Assembly: GCA_001949185.1 (NCBI GenBank)
Contig: BDGG01000004.1
Location: 2,567,620-2,631,619 of the forward strand
Length of the DNA: 64,000 nucleotides
Direction of reading: 5' to 3'
Origin: Ramazzottius varieornatus
Taxonomy: Eukaryota; Animalia; Tardigrada
Shown: positions 33,422 to 48,659 of the stretch, piece after piece
Layout of the letters: every line of letters starts with the position of its first letter
Position numbering within the stretch: the stretch's first letter is position 1
The notes under the pieces: generated by a model
What the model saw: the letters and a program-made list of their open reading frames with translations, nothing else
What the model was told of the DNA's origin: nothing
Database searches by the model: none
Program-made: the position numbers and the translations under genes

Positions 33422-34879
33422 ATGGAATTAATGCAACCTGAGCTGCAGAAGATTATCGAGACGGACTGGATATTCCGGACCATCCTTGGCCGTGTGCCGC
33501 CATCACATGGAGCGCTCAGCCCATCCACCGGATGCGTGTCCGTGTTTGTGGGAGATCCGGACAGCCTTCTAGTTGCCCGCTCACTCATGTTCCAAGCTGC
33601 GCTTTCTGTGTGTGACACCGGAGGAAACGCCGTTTACTTCACACCCACCAGATGGGTCAGCCTGCCCGTGAAGATGTGTGAGATACCGTATCCGGACTTG
33701 TCCTCACTGCGAAGACTAAAGATGGTGTACCGGACCAACCCACGGGATACAGTTCGAGCTTTACTGGAAGACATCAAGAAAACGTCTGGCACTATGCTCC
33801 TGTTCGTCTGCATCGAAGATCTGACAGCCATGTGCCGTGCTGTCGCAAGGAAAACCGTAAGCCTGACTGGAAACACGCACCCATTGGTATCGTGTCTAAC
33901 GGAAGTTTCTTTCAGGACTGGAGTGTTGTAAAGTCGATGGCGTCCGTTTTGTGTTCCCTGGAAGAAGTTGTCCTCTCAGCTCGCTTAACAGGGTAAACAA
34001 CAGTGCTACCTTCGCCGGTATCCGGTTTTGCCTGTAAAATTGGCAGATACGGTAAATATTCGCTGCTATCGCGCAGAACGTGATCGCACACGTGAAGTAT
34101 AGCTCCGGTCCGGTTTCACTGCCTGCGTAACCCCTACGGGAGTGCACCGTCGCGTACGTATACGTACTGCGCGATAGCATCAAATATTCACAGCAACTGC
34201 TAACGGAATGTGATCGCAGTTACTCCTGTTACTTTCAGTGGTTCCCTGCGAATAGTGGGCTGGATGGATAAAAGCATGGAGCTTCAGTGCAAAGAGGTAT
34301 TCCAACGATTTGGAGTTCAGACTAGCCATTTGACGGGTAAGTACTGTGCGCTGTTACTTTGGTAAACGACTGTGATGAACAACACAAAGTCTCCGTTAAA
34401 ACGAGACTTGTCCAAAACAATTACTTCAAAATCCCGATCATTTCGAACAAAATTTGAGTACAAAGTACAAGCGTGCATTTGTACCCTAGGGCATAGTAGG
34501 GCATATGGTAAACAATATCTATGCCCTAGGGTACAAATTCACGCACGTAGTCAGATTTTGTTCGAAATGATCAGGATTTTAAAGCATAAGGAAGTCTAGC
34601 GCAAGCAAGACCTCCTGACAAAGTCCCTTCAAATCGGGGGTATGCCCTTACATAGATCGCGCTGGTTCTCCGAGGGTTTCCGACGTGGCCATCTGAATAC
34701 GGGTATCTTGATTTGCAGCCACTACGGATACAGTCAGAGCACAGTTGTTTGGACCGACCGGAAAAGATACGCCAGTGCACGAAATATCGCTGAGCGTTAC
34801 ACCGGAAGGATTGAAGTATGAAAAATTGCCTCGCGTGGATGTGAAAGATACTTCCGGTGACAACGGGATCGATAGCTGA
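33422..34879 (+). CDS. SWSAP1: SWSAP1-like RecA/RAD51-paralog protein
   Basis: VFVGDPDS..RSLMFQAA..G.AVYFT..SLP..LRRLKMVY..LLFVCIEDL follows the SWSAP1 pattern. Further in-frame exons at ~33917-33990, ~34240-34336 and ~34719-34879. Confidence 0.6.
34050..34193. mobile_element. 144-bp MITE, copy 2 (intronic in SWSAP1-like)
   Basis: Same length and core as 13883-14026. Inverted ends AAATATTCGCTGCTATCGCGCAG / CTGCGCGATAGCATCAAATATT. Confidence 0.72.
34466..34549. mobile_element. Short hairpin MITE-like element
   Basis: GCGTGCATTTGTACCCTAGGGCATAG / CTATGCCCTAGGGTACAAATTCACGC inverted repeat (~26 bp) bounded by TA dinucleotides, inside an intron. Confidence 0.6.
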
Positions 34880-35294
34880 GTATGGGATGAGAGGGACTAG
34901 AACTGCAAGTACGACAAACTTGCTCGACTCAACGTCTTTCACTTCGCGTTGTCGTCCAACAGGTCGCCGTAGTCCTACGTTTCCCCTTCTCTGTGCCACT
35001 AGTCCTCCGAAATCAATATGGGAAAGCCCACCGAGAATCTTCTCACGATCACATGAAATTTTGCAGGCTGAAAAATCGTGTTTGATGGGTAAACAGTCGT
35101 TAAGAAAGTCGCACATTTTCGCAAACAGAGCGCGGTGTCTTGCTGGTTGCTTTCTCTGGCGGATCTCAACGTCCCACACGCAGTAAGGGGACCCGGAGGC
35201 ATTAACCTACCCGTCACACCTCGAAAGAACGATAGTTGTGCACTGTTATTACTTCGCCGGTCAGCTCATGAAAGAAGATTAGCTCTCTAGGAAG

Positions 35295-35856
35295 ATGGCC
35301 GCCACTACGGCGGCACCACGAACTTTCTGGGAGGAATTCAAGGTGTGGAATATTGTCCAAGTGGGCTGGTTCGCTCTGAGGACTATTGAGGCCCTCGAAC
35401 CGCTTTCTACTGCCAGTAGCCCACCATCATGCAGCTTTTCTGCGAAATAATCTTGCTGTTCTGTCTTGCAGTATGTGCAAAGTGACTCTCCGGTTCTGGG
35501 GATGCAATTATGGCACCTGGTTGCCATCATCGTAATGGGAATCTGCGTGATGTGTAAGTTCCAACCCACTTAGCATTCCAGTACTGTAATACATTGATGG
35601 TCTGACTAACCACTTATGAGTTGTTGTCCGCGTTAAATTGGTTTTTGTTCCTTCATTAGTGTCGGTGGTGTGTTGCTTTATTGACTGGAGGATACCAAGG
35701 ACCCGGAAGGAAATAGAACTGGACCGGCAGCTGCGTCACATGGCGGAGCAGTACGCCGAGCAAGTGATGAATAAAATGAAGGAAGAAGAAAACCGCAACG
35801 AGGAAGACATGCCGGAAAGTCAAAAGAAGAAAGTAACTCCCGTTTTCAAAGTCTGA
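35295..35856 (+). CDS. TMIE: Transmembrane inner ear expressed protein homolog
   Basis: Exons 35295-35342, 35472-35552, 35660-35856: GMQLWHLVAIIVMGICVMLSVVCCFIDWRIPRTRKEIE, matching the TMIE signature (MRLWH..CC..R.PRTRKEIE), with a charged tail. Confidence 0.85.
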
Positions 35857-36817
35857 TGCCGAAGGTGTCGTCCGGGCTCCTTCGCAGGCCACACCGCGCT
35901 GTTGTTCGAAAGGTACATGATCATGACCTGTCTAACGTGCACTGCTGCTTCTGCGCTGTGTCCTTCCTTGTACCGGTATTCTGATTTATTGGAACGAGCG
36001 ATATGGAAATTGTCGATTCAAATTTTATCACGAGAGGGTATGGCTTATGCCTTATATAAGCGGTCTTTTCTTCTTGTAAACACCACGGCAAATGAAACAG
36101 GGTTACCGTCGTGTCGTCGTAGAATGTGTGAACTAACTTATGATGTTGCAGGAAAGGCTTTGTTACAGGTTTCCGTGGCTCTGGCTGACTCACGGCTCAC
36201 GATTCACCACAGTAACCGCACATGTGTCTATTCCGCTGCAAGGTGATGATCGCGCACGAGTGCCTGCGTGTTAGGCAAAGTCCACCTGCGCAGAATCATC
36301 GCGGTATATAGCTTTTCGGTGAATACTAGCGTGCAACGAGTTGCCAGTAGTTCCGACCTCAAGATAACTCGCTGTGGTTTTATTCGACGATCACTAAGCC
36401 GTCAAAATGATAAAATTTCCTTATCGATCTTTAGTGGGCTTCTCACTGATAGTTTGGGAAAAACTGGCGGGCTTTCAGCTTGGCTATAGGGAAAACGATC
36501 GATAGTTCATCCTGATTTCGTTCACGTGGTCGGTGTATACTGGATTTCAAAATGACTGCGCACTAGTGACCTCGTACTTTGAATTTGAGAGCGTTAGTGC
36601 AATGCTTGGTCAGACTCTGCGATGAGATCATACAGATCCATGGCTCACGCAAGACTGCCTTTCAGACAATGATGACAATCCAAATTACTGGTACAGCAAA
36701 TACAGGGAATGATTTCAAAATGACCACGGCGATAACAAGTGTAAATTCTGCTGGGAATTTCTGTTAAAATATAGAGAAAGGGCGTATACCATGGAAGGGT
36801 TTTATCGCCATGGTGTA

Positions 36818-36900
36818 GATGACGTCATCAGAGCACACAAAGCGTCGTAGCGCGAACGAGATGCCTGTTCCGACTGCAATGAGCTCAGCCAACTTATAAG
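36818..36900 (+). promoter_or_regulatory. Candidate DUSP promoter: palindromic CRE/ATF site and TATA-like element
   Basis: GATGACGTCATC 12-bp palindrome at 36818-36829 and CTTATAAG at ~36893-36900, about 330 bp upstream of the DUSP ATG. Confidence 0.4.
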
Positions 36901-37222
36901 TCTGACAGGCCAGCACCGCCCTGTCGCATCAATCTGCTCATTTGGTCCGTGGCTCCGTGCCAGCGAGGCTGTTGAAAGTTCAAACTACACTGCGCGTGCC
37001 TCGCAAGCAGTTGATATGGAAGAACCCTCTTTCTAAAAATATCTTACTTTAGCCAGTGGAATATTCTATTTTCCTGAAAGGACTTGTAGTAAGATCGACC
37101 TGTGATTAGGACGTCCTCGTGAAGTTTGGTGGATTTTTCTTTGGCCAGAGCAGATAGAACTCTTCGTCCTTGTCGATCGCGTTCACGTGTCGACAGTCAA
37201 TGATTTTACGTGTCGACAGTCA

Positions 37223-38990
37223 ATGAAACTCAAGTCGATGGCAACTCCAACGAAAATTTATCTGATGGATCCTCCGGAACTGGCCACACTCCTGGAGACG
37301 TCCGTTAATAAGGTAAGTTGATGGGAATATGAACGAAGTTCAGGATGGAATTTTAAGTCATAATTATGGTTTGTTTACCGTTTTGATTGTTGATTGTTGG
37401 TCCTTTCTCACCCCGAGTTTTTTGTCACAGGTATTGCTACTGGATAGCCGCTCTTGCTTCGAACATAACAATGGGAAGATTAGGAGGTCGTTACACATAG
37501 TCAGTTCGAGCATGATCAAGCGGCGGTTGCAGACAGATAAGGTAACTATCCAGACTGGTGCCGCATCTTTTCTCAACGTAACGATCGCCAAAACTGTATC
37601 TGATGAAGAACCTTCTCACTTGCCGTTGCAGGTTAAGATCCTGGAACTTCTCCATCTGTCCGCAGATTCTGTCAAGGATATCAGACATGTCGTCGTTTAT
37701 GACCAGAGTAGTAGCGACTTGTCTTCGCTTTGTCCCGACAGTTTCACGACGTTAGTCCTGTCGAAGCTCGCGAACCATTTCCCTTCGTCCGTCCATCTTC
37801 TCAAAGGTACGAACCCACAGACGGTTTCTCCTTATGTTCGTGACTTTGGAAACAAGTACGCTAACTCTGTTCTTGTATGTGGACAGGAGGTTTCGCAAAG
37901 TTTCTCACTTTGTATCCTGAAGAGTGTGTCCAGTCGTCAGAGGCGAAGCCCGCTCCTTGTCCGTCCGTCGAGCCGGGAGAGCTCATCCGCGCTTGTGGAC
38001 CCACGCAGATTTTCCCGCATGTTTATCTAGGTTCCGAGAAGGATGCCTTGTCGTTAGATACCATCAAGGTATCGCCAAATTACTCCCCAGTTCCTCATAT
38101 TGTCCGCACTCACTAACTTATCTGGTTGTCTTATTGTTATTACCGAGAACAGCTGAATGAACAAAGAATGTTGGTCCTTAGGCAAGGAAGATCAGTCATG
38201 TTCTCAACGTCAGCATGACTTGTCCGAAAGCTGACTTCATTCAGGAGGCCAACTTTATGCGGATAGCCGTCAACGATACCTGTACTGACAAGCTGCTGTG
38301 TCACTTTATCAAGGCCTTCAAGTTCTTAGGTACGTGCACGGCTCTAACAGTCTGCACTTGACTGTCAAGTAATCTTTTCAAGTTCCCGCATCCTCATTAG
38401 ATTACTTCGCTTTCAGACGATGTAAAGCGTTCGAACGGTTGTGCTCTGATTCATTGTATGGCCGGCGTCTCGCGTTCTCCGACGCTCGCAGTAGCCTACG
38501 TTATGAAATGTAACCGCATGCCATACGATGAAGCTTACAGGTTCGTGGAAAACATTCACTGTAACTTCCATTCCCATGTTCAAATCCAGACTGGTTCAAA
38601 GTTCGATTGTTTCATCGAGCGTGATCAGTCTGACATTCGGTCGAACTAGTGAACTAAGCGGTTGGTTTCCTCAATAGGTTTGTGAAAGACCGAAGACCGG
38701 CCATCTCGCCGAACTTGAACTTCTTAGGACAGCTTTTGGAGTTCGACAAGTGTCAGAAGGAACACCGCACAGTTCCGACGTATCCTTCGGAGCGAGCCGA
38801 AGAGAAGTACAACACCAGCGGACCATGCAAGCGGCAGTGCAAGCGACTCGCGGACATTCGAAGTTTGTCCAGCAGTAAGCTCTGTCTAGATATTCAGACA
38901 GCAGTCAAAAACGGATGCAAAGCAACATCAGATAACGGGAAGGACGACCTTTCTCCGTCGTCGGTGATCTCAAAGCTTAGTATTACTTGA
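37223..38990 (+). CDS. Dual-specificity MAPK phosphatase, DUSP8/DUSP16 (vhp-1)-like
   Basis: Rhodanese/KIM domain ([31 protein letters not shown]) and catalytic domain ([47 protein letters not shown]). Confidence 0.9.
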
Positions 38991-39236
38991 GTAGGGAATG
39001 CAGGAGACCAGCCAACATTAACATTAACATCAGCCTAATCACAGATATAGTAGGGAAGAACACGGGTGAATGAGTGCTTCTGCGCTCGTCGTACAGTATT
39101 TGTTTTTCTTCGCGTTGGTGGAATATCGCTTGTACTGGTGTTTCAGAAACTACTTGTAATTACTCATTTGAATGAACCATCCATGTGTAATTTACAGTGA
39201 GCAGTATCTGAACATTTGGCATAGGAACTGACAGCA

Positions 39237-41238
39237 TTAGTTTCTCTTCTTTTTTCCGTTAACTTTAGAGGATTTCTTGCCGAAGTTCTTTTTGCCTGGC
39301 TTGGATTTCAGGGGACGCTTTGTGTCGGGTTTCCGATTAGGTTTCGAGAAATCTTTGCCTTTCGGCGGGAAGCTTTTACCGTCGTCTTTCCGAGGGAATC
39401 TAGAGGGGTGTTTGGCGATTACTTTCCGATAGGGCTTCCTAGCTTCTTCGGTCTCCTGCTGTTGCCGCTTCTCGTGGTTCTTCTTGTCAGCCTTTCTTCT
39501 CTGCTTTGGTGTTTCCGCTACGCAGACGGCCAAGGCGCGCTGGTCAATGCTGATACCTTTCCCAGTCGTCGCTGCTGAAAGGCATTTGTCGGCAGACTCT
39601 TTGTCCCGAAACTGCACGAATCCATTGCCTATAATTCAGAAAACACATCACGTCGACATTAGCCGTCACGGTCAGCCGTTCTGATATCATAACGCAAGCG
39701 ATAGTTACCCCTTGAGTGTCCGGAATCCGGATGCGTGCAGACTAGAGCGTACTTCAAAACACCGAACTTCTTAAACTCGTCGCGCAGCTGATCTGACGTC
39801 GTGTCAAAGGGAATGTTTCTGCAATAACAGCAAGTCTCAGTTAATCGAACGAACAAACCAACAAAATATCGGTATTTATCACAACAAAAAATATGACCAA
39901 GCTTTTCATTTTTTATCACTTACCGCACGAACAGCGTCCGCCCTTGTTCCACGTCGTTGATCTTCTTCGGCGCTCTCGGCTTCTTTTTCTCCTTCACATT
40001 TGCTTCCTCGTCCACCTCTTCTTCTGTAAACGCATAAACGGTAAAGTTTCGAAAACACGAATGCCACGATGGTTTTTGAAGAACATATGAGTGCCTTCAT
40101 CATTGTCATCATCCTCGTCTTGGTCTGAGCTCGTGTCGTCAGTGGCGTCTGGTGTGGTATCTTCGGGACCGTTCTTGCCGGTGAAACGTGACTTTGAGTC
40201 TTCATCGTCGTCCATCACACTTTCTTCCGCTTCACCGTCTTCATCACGAAGCGATATTTTGCCCAAGTCCTCATGCTTTGAAGGTTCGTCTTTCTTTGCT
40301 ATAAGTATTCCAGGTACTAGGTTTACCGGGAGTTGCGAGATTGAGCGAAAGTAAAGACCATGACGAACCTGCTTTCGCTTCCTCGTACCGCGATTTGGCC
40401 ACTGCCCAGTCGACCGCAATGATCCGATCTGAAACAGTCGGAACAAAAGCCTTGGCTGATTCTGTGACCTTGGATGCTTGTATTTCAACTTTCATAGCAT
40501 CAGGAAGATTTTTTTCCAGCAAAAGACGCTCACCTTTCACTTTGCAGGCATTAAACATGTTGACGGCGGTCTCCGCAGAATTGATCGACTGGAACTGGAC
40601 AAACGCAAAGCCTCTCATCTTTCCATCTGGAGCCGCAAACGCCCATGAGAATAATTATTGTTCTCTGGTCGATTCACACACAATGCAATATCATCTCTAA
40701 GCGTCTCACGGGATTATCCATTAGAAATGAGTAAAACTTTCTACCGTTTACAACCGCACCTTCTTTCAGAGGGATTCTGACTTCGGTTATTTTTCCACAC
40801 TTTCCCATGAGCGCATGGAGGTCCGACTCTTTAGTCTACGAAAGATAGGCATAATGAAGGTACAAACTTCGTCCAGGACCTTCGCTAGGACTAGTGAAGC
40901 AAAAACTTACGCTGAATGGTAGGTTACGAAGAATGATTCTGCCCATCTTGGATGGCTGTCGAGGAGGACCGGAAGCTCCGGAGCGGTTTCCGTCAGCTCC
41001 GCCGTGAAACTCTAAGTAAAGGAAGCATGCGTCGCACAAGCAGATGCCACAACGAGGAGAGAAGAACTGTTAACTTACGGTAATGTGGAGCCGTTCTTTC
41101 ATCTCGGAAGTCTCTCCTGTCGAACGAACGCAGTGGGTATCGCTGGTCGTCATTCCCACCGAATGCTGGAGGAAAACGAGAGCCTCCTTGCGATTTCTTC
41201 TCAAAATGTTCTCTCCGCTCTCGCCGTGAAAAGTTCAT
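39237..41238 (-). CDS. RBM28: RNA-binding protein 28 (Nop4)-like
   Basis: GRIILRNLPF..DGKMRGFAFVQF..RIIAVDWAVAK, acidic linker, GRTLFVRNIPF..FGVLKYA..HPDSGHSRGNGFVQF, Lys-rich tail. Confidence 0.82.
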
Positions 41239-42575
41239 GCCGAACTGTGTTAACCTTGAGGTGTTACCCTTGAGATGTCCTCCTCCCACAAACTACACGT
41301 CCTCCGCTAGCGTCAAAGTCTGAGACGAACGAATCTGTTTTTTTTTCGGACAGAGCTACACAGAAAAGAGAAGATAGTCTAGAATCTAGATGGACAAAAT
41401 TTCAGATAGTGGTCAAATCAAATTTGATTGTTTACTTTTCCGGAGATTGCGAAATCCGCACTCCGCAAGTGACAAATCGTACTGTTGAGTACGTATGTAC
41501 TCGGCGGCGACGACGTCAGCACGCAACCCGAGCGTGTTGGTTTGTACAGGGCTCGGCTTGCTCAATCACCGTATCCCTAAGCATTATGTCAAGCCGTAGG
41601 TCTTGCAACTGTTCTATCTAGGGCTCTGAAGAAACAGAAAGACATCCTGCTTTTTGCGCGAAGACAAAAATCGTCAAGGAGAAATTCCACGAAGGAAGAT
41701 CCTGTTGTAGTTTTCTTCTAGTCGAAGCTTCGAGGGTCTCATTAGCCATTTTCACCGTAGTTTCATCGGGACTTGCTGTTGCGACCGTCTGATACATCCG
41801 TGATCTCGCATTCCAAGATGTCCTACCGCTCACAACCATCCAGCACCGCCAGGTAAGGAAACACTGAGACGGCGACTCTTGAGAGTTTGGTTTAGTTTTG
41901 GGGGATAGTCTGTGAGTCCTCGGACGATTCTGCGACAGAGTCATGGAGTTCTGATCGGGTCGGAGGGAGTAAAACAGCTTGTTAGTCTGGTTAGATAAGC
42001 CTCTGGATCGAGCACTTGATTGACGAAACGCCGTGTTGTTTCTAAATCAAGTGAATCAATCGTTGAGTCTAGCTGGCAAATCGATCGCCTTCTTGCTTGA
42101 TTCAAATTTAACCATTGACGTTTTCGGTACGGTATCGGACAGTTGAGCGCCATTACAGTGATTCAGCGGTATGGAATCCCGCACTGCATTTGTTTGGTTG
42201 ATAGCGCAAAATTGGGCCGCATGACTCACCTCAGAAAAGCCAGGCCCATGCGCTGGTAAAATTGAGGCTGGAGAACGTCAGAACGGCACTTTGGCATTTT
42301 GATCAGCGAAAGTCTGTCGCAACTGTTTCGCAATAGTTGCCGGTCTGTTGTTCGTTTTGTTCTTGGCGTGGACGAGGTCGAGGTTTCTGGAGAAGTTAGT
42401 TCGAGTTAGTTGAGTGGCGGTGCTTTGAGCTCTGATGATGCAAAGCTCTGTCGCGTTCAGAAAGGTCGCGATACAACTTATCCAAAAGAGCTTTGTAGCT
42501 CCTACCTTTGCTCCTTCCCGATCCCTCTTCCGCTCACTCCTATCCAGGGCAACCGTACCTACCTCCCTCGCCATC

Positions 42576-46392
<3,817 letters not shown>

Positions 46393-47153
46393 TTTAAACT
46401 CGCGTTTTCCTTCAGCTCGGTCCTGTCTGTTATTTATACTTTTTGAGCACCGTGATTGGATATTCGTACTTGGTAGTAGCTGTTTTAGTGTAACCTGCTG
46501 TTTTCGAGATCTTGTTCTGACATCAAGACGGATGGTCAGTGTGTTGTTGCAAGTTCCTGCATGAACATGGAGGATCTGTTGAAGTTGTGCGGCACCTGAC
46601 TGGAGATGAGAGTTTGCCGGACCGACTACTAGACTGCTTTCTTAGTCATTTTCTTTTTGCTGCGTGATAAAGGAATTCGAGGCATCAGTTTGGCACAGTA
46701 TGCGTTTGTTTTCACAGAGGTATGGTGGATCTAGCGTTCAAACTTACTGACTCGCAGCTCTGCTCGTGATCGTTGTGGAAGAGGTCGGACTTTTAGGTTC
46801 CTTGTGCAGGTGCACTAATGCACTTTTAGGTTGCAAGTTACAACTCGCTGTGCTACTAGCTAAGTTAGCTAGGTGCCACAGTAATCCGTTGATTTTGGAT
46901 CGGTTGATTGGCGGGGACGTGTGAACTTCGGGTGGTTTTCCCTGTAGTTGTGGAAAGTTGGAAGTTCTATTGTTCGTCCTCTTCCTGCTTATGGAATGAA
47001 CTGTCGTCCCTGTCCAGTTTCCCGCGTTAAGTTGGATTTTCGGAATGTGTCTGCAGCACTTACCAGGAAGTCTGTTGATAGGCCAGTTATCACCCTTCCG
47101 ACACTCGTGAGTGAGGGAACCGCATTACAGAAGTATCGACTCGATGGATGACC

Positions 47154-48313
47154 ATGTCTCTTCTCATAAGGAATCTTCAAAGAACGGTGCGTTTCAATCA
47201 GAGAAAGCTGCGGCGGGATGTGGATGCCATCCGGAACATCATGAACATACATACGTTCGATGTGAGTAGAATACAATTTTTGCTAATTTTGTATAACAAT
47301 TGAGCAGTGGGCAGAGTGGATCAGTAAGGCGCGGCCAGATGACATTATATGAAGCGGGACATGAAATTAAAGAATATCCGTAGACGACCAATGAAAGCAC
47401 CCAATGTCTAACTTTGGCAATCTTGATTGGTCAATTAAGGGCAATTTTTATTTCGTTGCCGCTCCATATTACTTGAACTAGCCCCGCCTTACTGATCTAC
47501 TCTGCCCATTGCTCAATTATTACTCCTTTAAGGTTTTCTGATTTGCGACGTCCCCTTTTCCCATAGGTCAGTATATCCTGCGTGGACAACGAAAGTGAGT
47601 TACACCCGCTTTCTTACCACAGTCGCCAATTTGCGACAACGCAGCAACGGTAGGAAGCGGCAGGCAGTCGCGCTTTGGTACTGTCCGCACGTGAGCGCGA
47701 ACCGGAAGTCAACCGAACTTCCGGTTCGCTCTGGACGAAGACGTCGTCCTCGTTCTCACCGTAATTATCGTCTTTTCAGCTATCCGAAAGATGAACACGC
47801 AGTATAGAAAGATGGACAAGGCTACCGATGTCCTTTACTTTGGTTTGCACGACTTCACGGAACCATTTGATCCCAGTACTATGAAACTCGGCTCCAACAA
47901 GGAGAAGTCTTTGCTCGAAAGTATCCCGCCAGGGAACGCAACAGCCGACCCTTTTCTTCAAGTGGTGGAAGTGCCAGATCTTGGTGATGTCTATTTCGGC
48001 ATGCCTTACGTTTACGACTACTGCACGAGGAAAAACATTTCGCTGGAAGATGAATTAGTCGTAAGTTTACTCGTTGCAGTCGGTCTTCGTTATATGGCGT
48101 TTCCCGACTGCAAGTTCTGTGTTCTCTGTCACCTTGCAGGTTTTGGCAACCCATGGTTTCGCTCATCTCTTGGGCTACGATCACGAAGCATCCATGGAAG
48201 ACTTCAAAATAGTGTACCTGTTTGAATTTGACATTCTGAGAAAATTTGACTGGGCCACAGGCCGAAATACTCTAGTGGTTAAAGAGCTAACGCTAGACGA
48301 TGGTCATTGTTAA
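47154..48313 (+). CDS. YBEY: Endoribonuclease YbeY (mitochondrial rRNA maturation)
   Basis: MSLLIRNLQR.., VSISCVDNE.IRKMN.QYR.MDKATDVL.F, LGDVYFG, ATHGFAHLLGYDH metal-binding motif. Alternative ATG at 47148. Confidence 0.9.
47298..47518. mobile_element. ~220-bp MITE in YBEY intron 1
   Basis: AATT|GAGCAGTGGGCAGAGTGGATCAGTAAGGCG ... CGCCTTACTGATCTACTCTGCCCATTGCTC|AATT: ~30-bp terminal inverted repeats with a possible AATT target-site duplication. Confidence 0.8.
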
Positions 48314-48659
48314 GTTCTTCCATTTCAGAGGCCAAATGCTTTTTGTGATTTCACTTCTGCTATTCGCGATTGAGGTACAGAAGGATACAGTTGGATCCTC
48401 TGATGTAGGTAGCTCGCAACAGAAAGACAACTCAAGATTGGCATCTAGAAGGAGAAAAGTATGCAAATGGGAAAAGGTAAAACTAAATCATCGTTGTCGG
48501 CCGGTATTTTCACCAAAAAGCTAGACTAGTTTTCGCGACACATGGGGATAACACAGAAACGATCAGACAATGCTGCTACAACAAAAAAATCGCTATCCAG
48601 GTACTACAGTAAAATTTAACAACAAACGCGAACTGAAATCCCTTAACGGCCTTTGCACT

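Noticed and set aside
34571-35179. 202-aa minus-strand ORF
   Set aside because: No recognisable domain, non-ATG start, and it overlaps the last SWSAP1-like exon on the opposite strand.
41618-42249. Minus-strand ORFs between RBM28 and DDX5
   Set aside because: No homology cues; the apparent spliced form stops after a few codons. More likely UTR or promoter sequence.
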